From: Polyangiaceae bacterium
GTDB lineage: Bacteria; Myxococcota_A; Polyangia; Polyangiales; Polyangiaceae
DNA: 64,000 nt
NCBI GenBank assembly: GCA_044376115.1
Contig: JBILLK010000003.1
Span: forward strand, 128,001 to 192,000
Direction of reading: 5' to 3'
Shown: positions 18,895 to 28,718 of the stretch, in pieces
Numbering within the stretch: the first letter of the stretch is position 1
Layout: each line of letters begins with the position of its first letter
Position numbers and translations under genes: made by a program
Notes under the pieces: model-generated
Told to the model about the DNA's origin: nothing
The model's database searches: none
What the model saw: the letters and a program-made list of their open reading frames with translations, nothing else

Positions 18895-19947
18895 ATGGCG
18901 TTCAATCCTTACACTCCGCCCAGTGAAGTTCATTCCCCTGCTGCGGGCGCCAACCCGCAAATCCCGAACGCAGGACCACAAGCGTGGGAGCCGGGTGAGA
19001 CGATGGGGCGCGCTTGGGAGGCCTTCAAAAGCCAGTGGGCGACCTTGGTTTTTGCGCCGATTCTCGCGGGAATCCCCGCAAATGTCGTAAGTCAGATTAC
19101 GACCAAGTTCGCGTTCAACGAGCAGGATTTGCAGCGTATTGGGCAGCAAATGGGGAACGGTCGCCAGCCGGACCTGTTGAAACTGTTTAGCGCGGCGATA
19201 CCCGTTTTCATCATCACGATCTTGCTGACCGTCTTGATCCAAGCATTTTTCCAGGTGGGTCTGATCCGGATCTTTCTCCAAGCGGCGCGCGGTCAGTTCT
19301 GCCAATTCGGTGAGCTGCTCAAGGGAGGCCCAAGCTTCTTGAACATGCTTGGCGTGATGTTTCTGAAAAGCTTGATCGTGATGGCGCTGCCGCTACTTGG
19401 GCTAGGAATTGCCTTCGCTGCTGGTGGCGTTGAGGCATTGCCAATCGCAATGGTCGTTGTCGGTGTGCTGATGATTCCGCTCATTGTGGTTTCGCTCGGG
19501 CTCTCGATGGCGGAGTTCTACGTTGTTGACCAGGGCATGGGGCCGGTTCAGGCCCTCAAGGCAAGTTGGAGCGTCACCAACGGCCAAAAGGGCAAGATTT
19601 TCCTGCTTGGACTGATCAGCGTGGGCGTCATCCTGCTCGGCTATTTAGCTTGTTGCATTGGCGTGCTCGCCGCGATGCCCACGATTCAGGTCGCAAACGC
19701 GATGGTCTACTGCGCACTTTCGGGCACCGTTGGATATAGCGCCTTTCAACAGTACGGCGGCTACGGCGGACCGGGCGGCGGTTACGGCGGACCTCCTCAG
19801 GGCGGCGGCTACGGCGGACCGGGCGGTGGTTACGGCGGACCGGGCGGCGGCTACGGCGGGCCTCCTCAGGGCGGCGGCTACGGTGGACCTCCCGGTGGTT
19901 ACGGCGGACCTCCTCAGGGTGGTGGTTACGGCGGGCCTGGCTACTGA
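18895..19947 (+). CDS. integral membrane protein (DUF975/YciC-like) with N-terminal NPY motif and Gly/Tyr/Pro-rich tail
   Basis: Several hydrophobic helices, 'ALKASW..T.G', 'LACCIG', low-complexity C-terminus. Confidence 0.75.
   Translation: MAFNPYTPPSEVHSPAAGANPQIPNAGPQAWEPGETMGRAWEAFKSQWATLVFAPILAGIPANVVSQITTKFAFNEQDLQRIGQQMGNGRQPDLLKLFSAAIPVFIITILLTVLIQAFFQVGLIRIFLQAARGQFCQFGELLKGGPSFLNMLGVMFLKSLIVMALPLLGLGIAFAAGGVEALPIAMVVVGVLMIPLIVVSLGLSMAEFYVVDQGMGPVQALKASWSVTNGQKGKIFLLGLISVGVILLGYLACCIGVLAAMPTIQVANAMVYCALSGTVGYSAFQQYGGYGGPGGGYGGPPQGGGYGGPGGGYGGPGGGYGGPPQGGGYGGPPGGYGGPPQGGGYGGPGY
19753..19944 (+). repeat. coding low-complexity repeat with eight GYGGP units
   Basis: DNA units such as ggcggctacggcggacc and ggtggttacggcggacc. 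Confidence 0.9.
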
Positions 19948-19952
19948 TCCAG

Positions 19953-19979
19953 GTTGACCCGACGCAGAGTTGACCCGAC
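19953..19979 (+). repeat. perfect 11-bp direct repeat GTTGACCCGAC x2 (16-bp period) upstream of lpdA
   Basis: Copies at 19953-19963 and 19969-19979. Confidence 0.8.
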
Positions 19980-20030
19980 ATACGGTGGGCCCTCCTCGCG
20001 TTAGGCGAGAGGTGGTATCCCTCTGCCCCG

Positions 20031-21434
20031 ATGAAAACCTTCGACGCGATCGTGATTGGTGCTGGCCCCGGCGGCTATCCCTGCGGCATCCGCCTTGGTC
20101 AGCTCAAGCAAAAGACTCTGGTGATCGAAAAAGAATCACCTGGCGGCGTTTGCCTCAACTGGGGCTGTATCCCTTCCAAAGCCCTGATCAGTGCCGCGCA
20201 CAACTACGAAAAGCTGCGGCACGGCGGCATGGGCATCAAGGTTCAGGGCGTCACCATCGACGCCAATGAGCTCCAAGATTGGAAAGAGGGCATCGTCAAG
20301 AAGCTCACCGGCGGAGTGAAGAGCCTCCTGAAGATGAACGGGGCCGAGCTGGCCATGGGTAACGCCACCGTCACGAGCGCCAATACGGTTGAGGTCGTCA
20401 GCGCCGACGGGTCGAAAGAGACTTACAAGGCCGAAAAGGCGATCGTGATTGCCACAGGCGCAACCACGGTAGAGCTCCCCACCTTCAAGTTTGACGGCAA
20501 CCAGATCATTGGGGCGCGTGAGGCCGTTAGCCTGCGCCACGTACCGAAGCGGCTGCTAGTCATTGGCGGCGGCATCATCGGTCTAGAGCTTGGTATGGTC
20601 TACCAGAAGCTCGGCTCTGAGCTGACGGTGCTTGAGTTCTTGCCGCAGATCCTCACCGGCGTGGACCCCGAATGCGCGAAGGTCGTGGAGCGCCGAATCA
20701 ACAAGCTTGGCGGCACCATTCACACGTCGGCCAAGGCGCTCGGATATGAGCGCCAGAGCGATGGCTCGATCGCCGTTGCCTTCGAGAAGGACGGAAAGCG
20801 CGAAACCGTTGTTGTGGACACCGTCTTGGTGGCCGTTGGTATGCGGCCCCACAGTCGGAACCTCGGCCTCGAGGCCGTTGGCGTGAAGATCAATGAGCGC
20901 GGCTTCATCCCGATCGACAAGCAAGGGCGCACCAACGTGCCCAACATCTACGCTGTTGGTGACGTGTCGGGGCCGCCGCTGCTCGCACACAAGGCCACAA
21001 AGGAGGGGGAAATCGTGGCTGAGGTGATCGCGGGTCACAAGGCTGCCATGGACTGGGCGTGCATGCCGGGGGCCATCTTCACGGATCCTGAGATTGCCAC
21101 GGCCGGCATCACCGAGGCTGAGGCCAAGCAACAGGGAATCGAGGTATCAATCGGTAAGTTCCCGTTTGCGGCCCTCGGTAAGGCGATGGCGATGAACGAG
21201 ACGGACGGCTTCGTGAAGGTCATTGCCGACAAGAAGACGAAGCAGATCTTGGGCGTTCACATCGTTGGCCCGGAGGCCAGCGCGATGATTAGCGAGGCGG
21301 CGCTCTCGCTTGAGATGGCGGCCTTCCTCGAGGACGTCTCGCTGACGGTCCACCCCCACCCGACGCTGGGGGAAGCGTACATGGAGGCGGCTGCACATGC
21401 GTTGGGCCACGCAGTCCACATCGCCAATCGCTGA
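20031..21434 (+). CDS. lpdA: dihydrolipoyl dehydrogenase (E3)
   Basis: GAGPGG, GGVCLNWGCIPSK redox disulfide, GGGIIG.E, HPHPTLGE. Confidence 0.97.
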   Translation: MKTFDAIVIGAGPGGYPCGIRLGQLKQKTLVIEKESPGGVCLNWGCIPSKALISAAHNYEKLRHGGMGIKVQGVTIDANELQDWKEGIVKKLTGGVKSLLKMNGAELAMGNATVTSANTVEVVSADGSKETYKAEKAIVIATGATTVELPTFKFDGNQIIGAREAVSLRHVPKRLLVIGGGIIGLELGMVYQKLGSELTVLEFLPQILTGVDPECAKVVERRINKLGGTIHTSAKALGYERQSDGSIAVAFEKDGKRETVVVDTVLVAVGMRPHSRNLGLEAVGVKINERGFIPIDKQGRTNVPNIYAVGDVSGPPLLAHKATKEGEIVAEVIAGHKAAMDWACMPGAIFTDPEIATAGITEAEAKQQGIEVSIGKFPFAALGKAMAMNETDGFVKVIADKKTKQILGVHIVGPEASAMISEAALSLEMAAFLEDVSLTVHPHPTLGEAYMEAAAHALGHAVHIANR

Positions 21435-21478
21435 TTCAAGGCTGCTCCTGAAGAATTAGGCCGGTGCCGGCCAATAGA

Positions 21479-21517
21479 GACGCTGGTCGCGCCAACGCGT
21501 AGCCAGCGTTTTTCTTT
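21479..21517 (+). terminator. Rho-independent terminator candidate after lpdA
   Basis: ACGCTGG (21480-21486) pairs with CCAGCGT (21503-21509) around an inner CGCG-ccaa-CGCG stem, followed by TTTTTCTTT. A second hairpin GGCCG-GTGC-CGGCC lies at 21459-21472. Confidence 0.6.
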
Positions 21518-21625
21518 GGCCCCTACCCCAGCAACCGACGGTTGAAGAGCGAACGAGAATGATGCGTGCATTCAACTAACAAAATTGGCCGAGACCAGCA
21601 GCCAACTGACGCTAGGCTCGGGGTG

Positions 21626-22888
21626 ATGGAGGCAAAGCGGCGGCCCTGCGAAGCTTGGCGATCGAGTCAGTACCAGTTGCGCGTGCTCGCACTCACACTG
21701 CTGGCGGCCTCGTGCACGGATCCCCTCCTGACGGTCGAGGAACCCCGGCAGAACCCTCAGCAATCGACAGGCGCCATCGACGTCGATCCACGCAGCCTCG
21801 CTGAACTCCCCAAAGTGGACGCGCGGTTGCGTAGCAGCCCGTACGCCTACTATCGCTTTGTGGCAGGGCCGTTCTCCACGGCGGTTTGTGACCATTACGG
21901 GCAGGCGACGCTCGCGATGCCTACTGTCAGCCTCCATGGAGACGCCCACATCGAGCAATACGCCGTTGCCAACGACGGCTTCGGCATCGTTGATTTCGAC
22001 GACGCGACGGCCGGCCCTCCGGTGGTGGATTGGCTGCGCTTTGCTTCAAGCCTCTGGATCGCGACCAACTTCAACGCCGATGAGTCAAAGTTTGCGTTGC
22101 TGCGCTTCCTGGAAGGCTACAGGCGTGGGTTGACGGACCCTGAATGCGTCTTAGCGGCCCCGGAGCCCAAAGCCGTGAGCCGCGTTCGAAGCCGTTTCAA
22201 GGGGAATGCGCTGGAATGGCTCAACGCCGTCTCATCGATGATCCAGCCGATTCACGGCCTCGATGAAGAGCTGATGCACCAGGCGCGTCGGCTCTACGTC
22301 GACGCGATGCTGCGCCAAAACCCCGAGCTCGATGAGCATTTCTTCAAGCTCAAGGCCGGGGGCGAGCTCGAGATGGGAATCGGCAGCGCACACGAGAAGA
22401 AGTTCTTGGTGCGAGTCGAGGGTCGAACGGACGATCCCGCTGACGACGTCATCCTCGAAAAGAAGGAGATGAAGAGCCACCTAACAGGCCTTTGTTCACG
22501 CGGCACGCGCGTCGAGGCGAGTCGCGTGATTGATGCCGAGGCGAAGTTCTCACGCACACCTCAAAGGCTGCTTGGCTATGTGAACGTGCTTGGTGCGCAC
22601 TTCTACATTCACGCTTGGCGAGTTCACTACAAGGAACTCTCGATCGCCGACATGGCCAATCCCGGGGAGATGGCGGAGCTCGCTTATGACTTTGGGCTAC
22701 AGCTCGGCCGCGGTCACCCGTTGCATCCCGTTGCCTCAGCCGAAGGGCGTGCTGAGCGTGAGGCAATTCAGCGATCGTTGGATGAGGTGGAGCCAGACTT
22801 GTTGACTACGTCGCGTGATTTGGCTGTGCGAGTGCGCCAGGGCTACGACCGCTATCAAGCTTCAACCGTTACAGCTCAACGTCATTGA
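21626..22888 (+). CDS. DUF2252 family protein with predicted lipoprotein signal
   Basis: 'SPYAYYRF', 'LHGDAH..Q', 'DFDD...GP...D..R...S', 'GIGS', 'ILE.KE'; LLAASC lipobox. TAGGCT 7 nt upstream supports the 21626 start. Confidence 0.75.
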   Translation: MEAKRRPCEAWRSSQYQLRVLALTLLAASCTDPLLTVEEPRQNPQQSTGAIDVDPRSLAELPKVDARLRSSPYAYYRFVAGPFSTAVCDHYGQATLAMPTVSLHGDAHIEQYAVANDGFGIVDFDDATAGPPVVDWLRFASSLWIATNFNADESKFALLRFLEGYRRGLTDPECVLAAPEPKAVSRVRSRFKGNALEWLNAVSSMIQPIHGLDEELMHQARRLYVDAMLRQNPELDEHFFKLKAGGELEMGIGSAHEKKFLVRVEGRTDDPADDVILEKKEMKSHLTGLCSRGTRVEASRVIDAEAKFSRTPQRLLGYVNVLGAHFYIHAWRVHYKELSIADMANPGEMAELAYDFGLQLGRGHPLHPVASAEGRAEREAIQRSLDEVEPDLLTTSRDLAVRVRQGYDRYQASTVTAQRH

Positions 22889-24734
22889 GTTCACACCAGC
22901 GAATGAGCGCAGCCAAGCACCACACTCGCCAAACGTTGATCTTGCGATCGAGGAACTGTTGCCAGGTTCTCGCCACCTCACCATTACTAAGTAAATACCC
23001 TCCGTTCTTGAGCAGGGTTTGCTCAACATAGGGACGCAAAGCTCCACGGCACCAGTCGTCGAACGGCAAGGTAAACCCCATCTTCTTGCGGCGGCTCGTC
23101 GCGTGCGGCAAGGCGGGCGCAGCATCGCAGAGTAGCGGCTTGTTACGCTCGCTCCGCGGATCAAGCTTCCACCCAGCACGCAGCGGCAAAACAGCTTCCA
23201 CCAAGACATGGTCAAGCAGGGGTACGCGCACCTCAAGTGAGTGCGCCATGCTCATGACGTCGGCGTCGCGAAGCAGCGTGTTCTTCAGGTAATGCCGAAA
23301 CTCCATAACGCTGAAGAGCCCAGCATCGTCGAGCGATGCGTCAGCAAACCGCTCATCGCGGTACCACGGCCAACGTTGTTCGTGGCCGTCCCGGGGAGCG
23401 AGAAGCCCCTCGACCTGGGCAGGCGTAAACATCGAGCGGAGGGCACTGTATGCGCCGACCGTTGACCTTGGTCCCGCCAGCAGCGCCGAGAGTCGGGCCA
23501 CCTGTTGCGCGCGCGCCGGCTCTAGAACCGCTCCGGCGATCCTCTCCACCCACGGCGACCGAAAGCCTCTTCCGGCGACGAGTCGGGCCAGTCCAAAGCG
23601 GCGAAAGTTATCGTAGCCAGCAAACAGCTCGTCGCCACCAAGCCCTGAGAGTGCGACGGTGATCCCGGCTCGCTTGACCGCCTCCGATACGAAGAAGGTG
23701 TTGACGCCATCAACGCTCGGTTGATCCTGCGCTGCCACCGCGTCATCGACGCGCGCGAGTGCCCCCTTCACCGAGAGTTCAATCGAATGGTGATAGCAAC
23801 CGTGCAACCGCGCGAACTCCGAGGCGAACTGGCTTTCGTCGTGCGCCGCTTCATCAAAGCCTACGTTGAACGTATGAATCGGACCCTTGCTCGTCTCGGC
23901 GGCGATCGCTGTAACAACAGCGCTATCCACACCGCCTGATAGGAAGACTCCAACTGGAACATCCGAGACGAGACGCAGTGCGACCGCCTTGCGAAGTACG
24001 GGGCGGACCGCCTCTACCGCCTCGGCATAGGTCCGCGTCGTGGTGGTGAGTCGGGGTTGCCAGTAGCACTCCACTCGAACTCGCCCGTCCTTCACGAGCA
24101 TGCAGGTGCCAGGTGCAAGCATCGTCACATCACGAAGGATGGTGTCGGGTTCTGCGACCGAACCCCATTGCAAGTAGCTAGCGAGACCCTGAGGGCTTAG
24201 CACGCGAGCTGCAGCCTTCATTGCGAGCAACGCACGCACCTCGGAAGCAAACGCGATGAACTCCGTCCCGTCCCCCACGAGGTAAAGCGGTTTGATCCCC
24301 ATTCGGTCGCGAGCCAGGAAAAGGGCTGCGGTCTGAGTGTCCCAAATGGCGAGCGCGAACATACCTCGCATTTCTTGAAGAATCCGCGATCCCCAGCGAG
24401 CGTAGCCCTCCAGAATCACCTCGGTGTCGGAGCTAGAACGAAAGGTCACCCCTTCAGCTTCAAGCTTCAGGCGGATGTCAGCGAAGTTGAAGACCTCCCC
24501 ATTGAACACAATTTGGTAGCGCTGATCGTGACTCACCATCGGCTGGTGCCCGAGGGGACTCAGGTCGATGATTGAAAGTCGCGCGTGGCCCAACCCGCAG
24601 CTGTGGCCTAGGGCTTCGCCAACAAAAGCCCCTCGGTCATCAGGGCCGCGGTGAAGTAGCGCCGTGATACCAGCTTCGAGATCGAAGTCTTTGCGACTGT
24701 CCTGCCGCTTAAGAAAGCCGATAAGGCCGCACAC
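22869..24734 (-). CDS. asnB: asparagine synthase (glutamine-hydrolysing)-family amidotransferase
   Basis: MCG N-terminus, HRGPD, RLSIID, NGE, LSGGVDS, SG.GGDE, SLEVRVP, KMGF; SD AAGGAG. Confidence 0.93.
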   Translation of the reverse strand: MCGLIGFLKRQDSRKDFDLEAGITALLHRGPDDRGAFVGEALGHSCGLGHARLSIIDLSPLGHQPMVSHDQRYQIVFNGEVFNFADIRLKLEAEGVTFRSSSDTEVILEGYARWGSRILQEMRGMFALAIWDTQTAALFLARDRMGIKPLYLVGDGTEFIAFASEVRALLAMKAAARVLSPQGLASYLQWGSVAEPDTILRDVTMLAPGTCMLVKDGRVRVECYWQPRLTTTTRTYAEAVEAVRPVLRKAVALRLVSDVPVGVFLSGGVDSAVVTAIAAETSKGPIHTFNVGFDEAAHDESQFASEFARLHGCYHHSIELSVKGALARVDDAVAAQDQPSVDGVNTFFVSEAVKRAGITVALSGLGGDELFAGYDNFRRFGLARLVAGRGFRSPWVERIAGAVLEPARAQQVARLSALLAGPRSTVGAYSALRSMFTPAQVEGLLAPRDGHEQRWPWYRDERFADASLDDAGLFSVMEFRHYLKNTLLRDADVMSMAHSLEVRVPLLDHVLVEAVLPLRAGWKLDPRSERNKPLLCDAAPALPHATSRRKKMGFTLPFDDWCRGALRPYVEQTLLKNGGYLLSNGEVARTWQQFLDRKINVWRVWCLAALIRWCELNDVEL

Positions 24735-24779
24735 TACGCAGCTCCTTAGCGTGATCCCGACGCCACGTCATCGGGGCCC

Positions 24780-25934
24780 TTAGGGGCCGTCACTAGGAGG
24801 CCGCTGTTGGACTACCAGCTTCCTAAGCCGCTCGGAAACCCAAACTTTGTTCGCCGAATCCACGATTACGGCACCCGCGCCCTCGGTTCTCTCGATCAAT
24901 GCCAGGCCCTTTTCAGGTCCGAGGATGAAGACGGCATCGTCGAGAGCGTCAGCTGTGAACGCGTCTTTGGCCCAAACCGTCACGCTACGGGTTGCTGCGG
25001 CCGGATAACCCGTCCGTGGATCAATGATGTGATGATAGCGCTTGCCATCGAGAATGAACGCGCGCTCGTAGTCACCAGCCGTACTAAATGCGTGGTCTTC
25101 AACTTCCATCAGCGCAAAGAAGTCGTTCTCGTCCTTTCCCCGCGGATCACGAATCCCCACGCGGAACGGTGAGCCATCAAAGCGTCGGCCTTTCACATAA
25201 AGGTCTCCGCCCGCCTGAACAAAGAACGCCGCAACCCCGTGCTTCTCGAGAATTCGAGCCGCCAGGTCAACAGCGTACCCCTTGGCGATTCCACCCAGGT
25301 TGATCTTGCGCCCCTTGTCCTTGAGCCGAACGGTATGCGTCTTTGCGTCAACGGCGGCGGGCTTCCCGCCATCAAGTTCGATCGTTCGGTAGTCGATCCG
25401 TTTGCGTGCCTCGGCAATCTTGTCGGGTGGAGGCACTTGAGCGACCGCGCCTTCATCGAACTTCCAGAGTCCATGCATCGCCTCGAACGTAATGTCGAAA
25501 ACGCCATCGGACTCCGATGCAACCTTCAGACTCCGCTCGATGACGGCAAAAGTATCCGGCCCCACCTCCACGGCAGGCCCACCGGCGCTCTCATTGATAC
25601 GCGTCACTTCTGAGGTCGCGACCCAGGTGCTCATCAGGTTCTCGAGCCGCTTGATCTCGCCAAACGCCTCGCTCATCGCCCGCCCGATTTTGAGCTCGTC
25701 CAGGGCTTCACTCGTGTAGGACGACATCACGATGCGTGTCCCCATCGCTCCACGTTCGAGCGTGACCTTTTTGGGAACGAACGCGGAGACCGGGGCCGAG
25801 ACGCTTGCTGAAGGTGGCGCGCTCGCCGTCTCGAGTGGAGGCGGCACTGCTTGCTTCTTCGGCGGCGGAGCGCCGCACGCCGCGATTGTCAAAGCGAGGA
25901 TGCACACGATACGGGCACTTGGCTCGAGACGCAT
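24780..25934 (-). CDS. apbE: FAD:protein FMN transferase (ApbE), lipoprotein
   Basis: IAAC lipobox, MGT, FDIT, LGGIAKGYAVD, GGD, ST.GDYER, YHHIIDPRTG. Confidence 0.92.
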   Translation of the reverse strand: MRLEPSARIVCILALTIAACGAPPPKKQAVPPPLETASAPPSASVSAPVSAFVPKKVTLERGAMGTRIVMSSYTSEALDELKIGRAMSEAFGEIKRLENLMSTWVATSEVTRINESAGGPAVEVGPDTFAVIERSLKVASESDGVFDITFEAMHGLWKFDEGAVAQVPPPDKIAEARKRIDYRTIELDGGKPAAVDAKTHTVRLKDKGRKINLGGIAKGYAVDLAARILEKHGVAAFFVQAGGDLYVKGRRFDGSPFRVGIRDPRGKDENDFFALMEVEDHAFSTAGDYERAFILDGKRYHHIIDPRTGYPAAATRSVTVWAKDAFTADALDDAVFILGPEKGLALIERTEGAGAVIVDSANKVWVSERLRKLVVQQRPPSDGP

Positions 25935-26075
25935 TGGTGCAGCCTGCCCCAGCTGCTAACAAATGTCTGCAACCACCGGCTGCTCGCAAGCAACCAAACG
26001 ACTGCCCCAGCAAACCTGCAATTTCGAGCGCGTGGCTTGTCGATCGTCACGCTTTGCTCGAACATGCTTCCGCCC

Positions 26076-27110
26076 ATGAATCGTTGTTGGCTAGAGGCGA
26101 GCATACTTGCGGCGATTTCTTTGGTCCCTGCCGTCACCGTTACGGCGGAGGAAGCTCTGCCCTCGGAACAACCGAGTGTTCAAGCAAGCGCGCCGCTCCC
26201 AGATGAAATCCCACCAGCGCCCCCCACGGCTGGCCTCGGCCTCGTCGAAGCAGTCGCCCCACCGCCCTGGCTTCCACTAGCTCCAAGTACGAGCTTCGTG
26301 GTTCCCCCCTCCCCGAGCGATCTGCCCTTGGTAATGGCGAGTGTCTCTAGTGCGGGGCTCGGCGCGCTCCTCGTTCTAGCCGGAGCCATCACGCTCACAC
26401 AGTCGACGGTCGGCGAGTACTGCGGCGCAACTGGCTGCGTCGAGCGCGTCGACCAATCCATCGTAAACGCTGGAGCAAGTCTGCTTGGTGCAGGTGCGGG
26501 GAGCATTGTTGCTGGTGGGTTGGGGGCACTGGCTCATGGGGCGGCACCGATCCGCGGCTCACGCGGCCGGCAAGACGAACCCGTCATGCTTACGGGTCTG
26601 GGCCTAACCTCGTTTGGCCTCTCCGCCTTTGGGATCGGGTGGGCTCAGGCGGCTACCTACGATAGTGACTTTGACGACCTCTCGACAGCGTGGCCCTGGT
26701 TCCTAACCAGTGGGCTCGGAATGGCTGCTGGTATTCCAATGTTTCTGGTCGGAGCCAAACGCGACCTTGGGCCTGCTGTTCGTACGTCCTCGCCAGTTAT
26801 GACGCACTCGTCCATCGGCATGGCCGTAACCGGGTCGATCTTGGTCGGTATTGCTGGCGTAGCGAACTTGGTTGGAACTGGGTTCGTGCTCGCTGATGTT
26901 CTGGGGGACGGCGCACTCGGGGGTTATGGTGCAATTGTGATAGGGCCGATCCTTGGCGGTGGTTCGGCGCTGCTATCGGCCGTGGGGACTCCACTGATGG
27001 TTCTCGGGCTCCGCAGGGAAGCGACTACTGGCAACGCCGATCAAGCGCAAACGCTGCCCGAGCTGCAATTGGGCCCCACCGGGATGAACCTCACCTGGAG
27101 GTTGCCGTGA
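26076..27110 (+). CDS. hypothetical exported/membrane protein with Gly-rich hydrophobic hairpins
   Basis: Signal-like N-terminus, Pro-rich linker, about three Gly/Ala hairpins, terminal 'ELQLGPTGMNLTWRLP'. Start uncertain (26064 or 26076). Confidence 0.65.
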   Translation: MNRCWLEASILAAISLVPAVTVTAEEALPSEQPSVQASAPLPDEIPPAPPTAGLGLVEAVAPPPWLPLAPSTSFVVPPSPSDLPLVMASVSSAGLGALLVLAGAITLTQSTVGEYCGATGCVERVDQSIVNAGASLLGAGAGSIVAGGLGALAHGAAPIRGSRGRQDEPVMLTGLGLTSFGLSAFGIGWAQAATYDSDFDDLSTAWPWFLTSGLGMAAGIPMFLVGAKRDLGPAVRTSSPVMTHSSIGMAVTGSILVGIAGVANLVGTGFVLADVLGDGALGGYGAIVIGPILGGGSALLSAVGTPLMVLGLRREATTGNADQAQTLPELQLGPTGMNLTWRLP

Positions 27111-28717
27111 ACCATCGTTTGACTCGGCTAGCTCCGCGAATGCTCCTGGCGTTGACCCTCGGGGTTCATTGCGCTCAACCGGATCGCCAACCGCAGGTGT
27201 TCCTCGACGTGCCTGTCGTTACGCTCGAACAGGCAGGTGATGATGAGCTTCTCAGGTTGACGATGGCGGTTTTTCCCGAGGACGAGATCACCTATCTCGA
27301 TAGTGCCGTAGTTGTCATTGATACTCCAGCCGGCGAAAAGATTATCTCTGATCCGGAGATTCTCGCTGACAGCTTTCCCGTTGTCCTTTCAGCCAATAGC
27401 TTTGAGCCTGAGCAGATCGCTTTGCGCGTGCCTAGTCCGTTCTCGTCTCCGCCTGCATTCAATGAGCACTGTCCGCTAAGTAGCTTTACCGCGGAGGTTA
27501 GCATGAGCTTTTACTCGCCTGATGCTGACAAGAACGGCGCAGCCGAGGCCCCGCTCGGTACCAGTGTCGTGCGAACTCCTCTGCGTCGCCCGGGCGCACC
27601 GGCACCTCCGCATGTGTTCGCCAGTCTTGGGCTCAATCAGGGGCCAGCCGTCAATGGGGCGGATCCAACGCTCAAGCTTTTGTCGATACCCCCGAGTCAG
27701 ACAAAAGCGGCTTTTGCAACCTATGATAGCGCAGGGTCGTTCAACGTGTATTTGGCGGATCGATCGAGTCTCGTGCAGGGGCTTGCCATGTCCTTCGTTG
27801 CGGGTGGGCCTGCCCCCACGGTCGCGTTGTCGGACACTGGGTACTATCTTGGGGTTACCGAGCAGCTAACGCCTGCGCTACATGTCAGTGCTCAGGACGA
27901 GAGCTCGACGGAATGGACCGTCGCGATTCCTACGGACGGAGTTGCACCTGAGTACAGCGCGTTGCGCGTTCAAGGGATCTATCCAACGTGGGATGGTGCT
28001 GAGGTTGAGGCAGTTCTGCAATCAGCCTACGTCCTACTGCATCCTGACGGAACGGAGCTAATCCCCCCAGCCGGCAAATACTACGGAGCCGCGACTCTAC
28101 GGCTCACGAGGGCAGGAGAAGTTCTCTCACTGGAGCCGACGACTCGAGACGTCTTAGCCGTAGTGAACCACCCACAAGGGAGTATACGGGTGACCACGGA
28201 GTTGCCGCCGGTCATTGACGGGTCGCTACAGATCGAGAGCTACGATAGCGAGAAGAGCCTGCTGTTTAGTCACTCTGAACCTGTGCGCGCAGGCAAGCTG
28301 TCGATTGCACGGGCGGACGGGGCGCTGGCGATTGCCTATGTCGATACCTTCTTTACGAAGGTCGTGCGGGTCTTGATACTTAGTGAAGGCGGTGAGGTGT
28401 TGGGTCGCTTTTCCGCGTCAGGCGAGAGTCCGTCGGTAGCTCTCTTGCCAAACGGAAATGTTGCATTGACCTTCGTTGGAGGGGCCGATGGCCTGCCAGC
28501 TGGTATTGGTCCACAGCGGGCCGTTCCCTTGCTGATCGAATTGAGCCGAGCTGGTCAGGTTTTACGTGGGCAACAGCTCGCTTGCGGAGGTATCACCCTC
28601 CTCACCACGCTGACTGAAGACACAATCTTGACCGGTCTCTTTCGCGATTTTGCAACGCTGGGTGAAACGGTCCTCGTCACAGCGGATGGCGCTCTAGGTG
28701 CCGGAACGGTGGAATAG
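27107..28717 (+). CDS. hypothetical exported protein or lipoprotein, beta-rich
   Basis: 536-aa ORF, GTGA overlap, signal 'MLLALTLGVHC'; no family recognised. Confidence 0.7.
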   Translation: MNHRLTRLAPRMLLALTLGVHCAQPDRQPQVFLDVPVVTLEQAGDDELLRLTMAVFPEDEITYLDSAVVVIDTPAGEKIISDPEILADSFPVVLSANSFEPEQIALRVPSPFSSPPAFNEHCPLSSFTAEVSMSFYSPDADKNGAAEAPLGTSVVRTPLRRPGAPAPPHVFASLGLNQGPAVNGADPTLKLLSIPPSQTKAAFATYDSAGSFNVYLADRSSLVQGLAMSFVAGGPAPTVALSDTGYYLGVTEQLTPALHVSAQDESSTEWTVAIPTDGVAPEYSALRVQGIYPTWDGAEVEAVLQSAYVLLHPDGTELIPPAGKYYGAATLRLTRAGEVLSLEPTTRDVLAVVNHPQGSIRVTTELPPVIDGSLQIESYDSEKSLLFSHSEPVRAGKLSIARADGALAIAYVDTFFTKVVRVLILSEGGEVLGRFSASGESPSVALLPNGNVALTFVGGADGLPAGIGPQRAVPLLIELSRAGQVLRGQQLACGGITLLTTLTEDTILTGLFRDFATLGETVLVTADGALGAGTVE

Positions 28718-28718
28718 C

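Noticed and set aside
19753..19979. Repeats as a CRISPR array
   Set aside because: In-frame coding repeats with no unique spacers and no cas genes.
22869..24734. asnB paralogues (also 48188-50089) as lasso-peptide cyclases
   Set aside because: Both retain the N-terminal Cys glutaminase domain, and no precursor, RRE or B-protease gene is adjacent.
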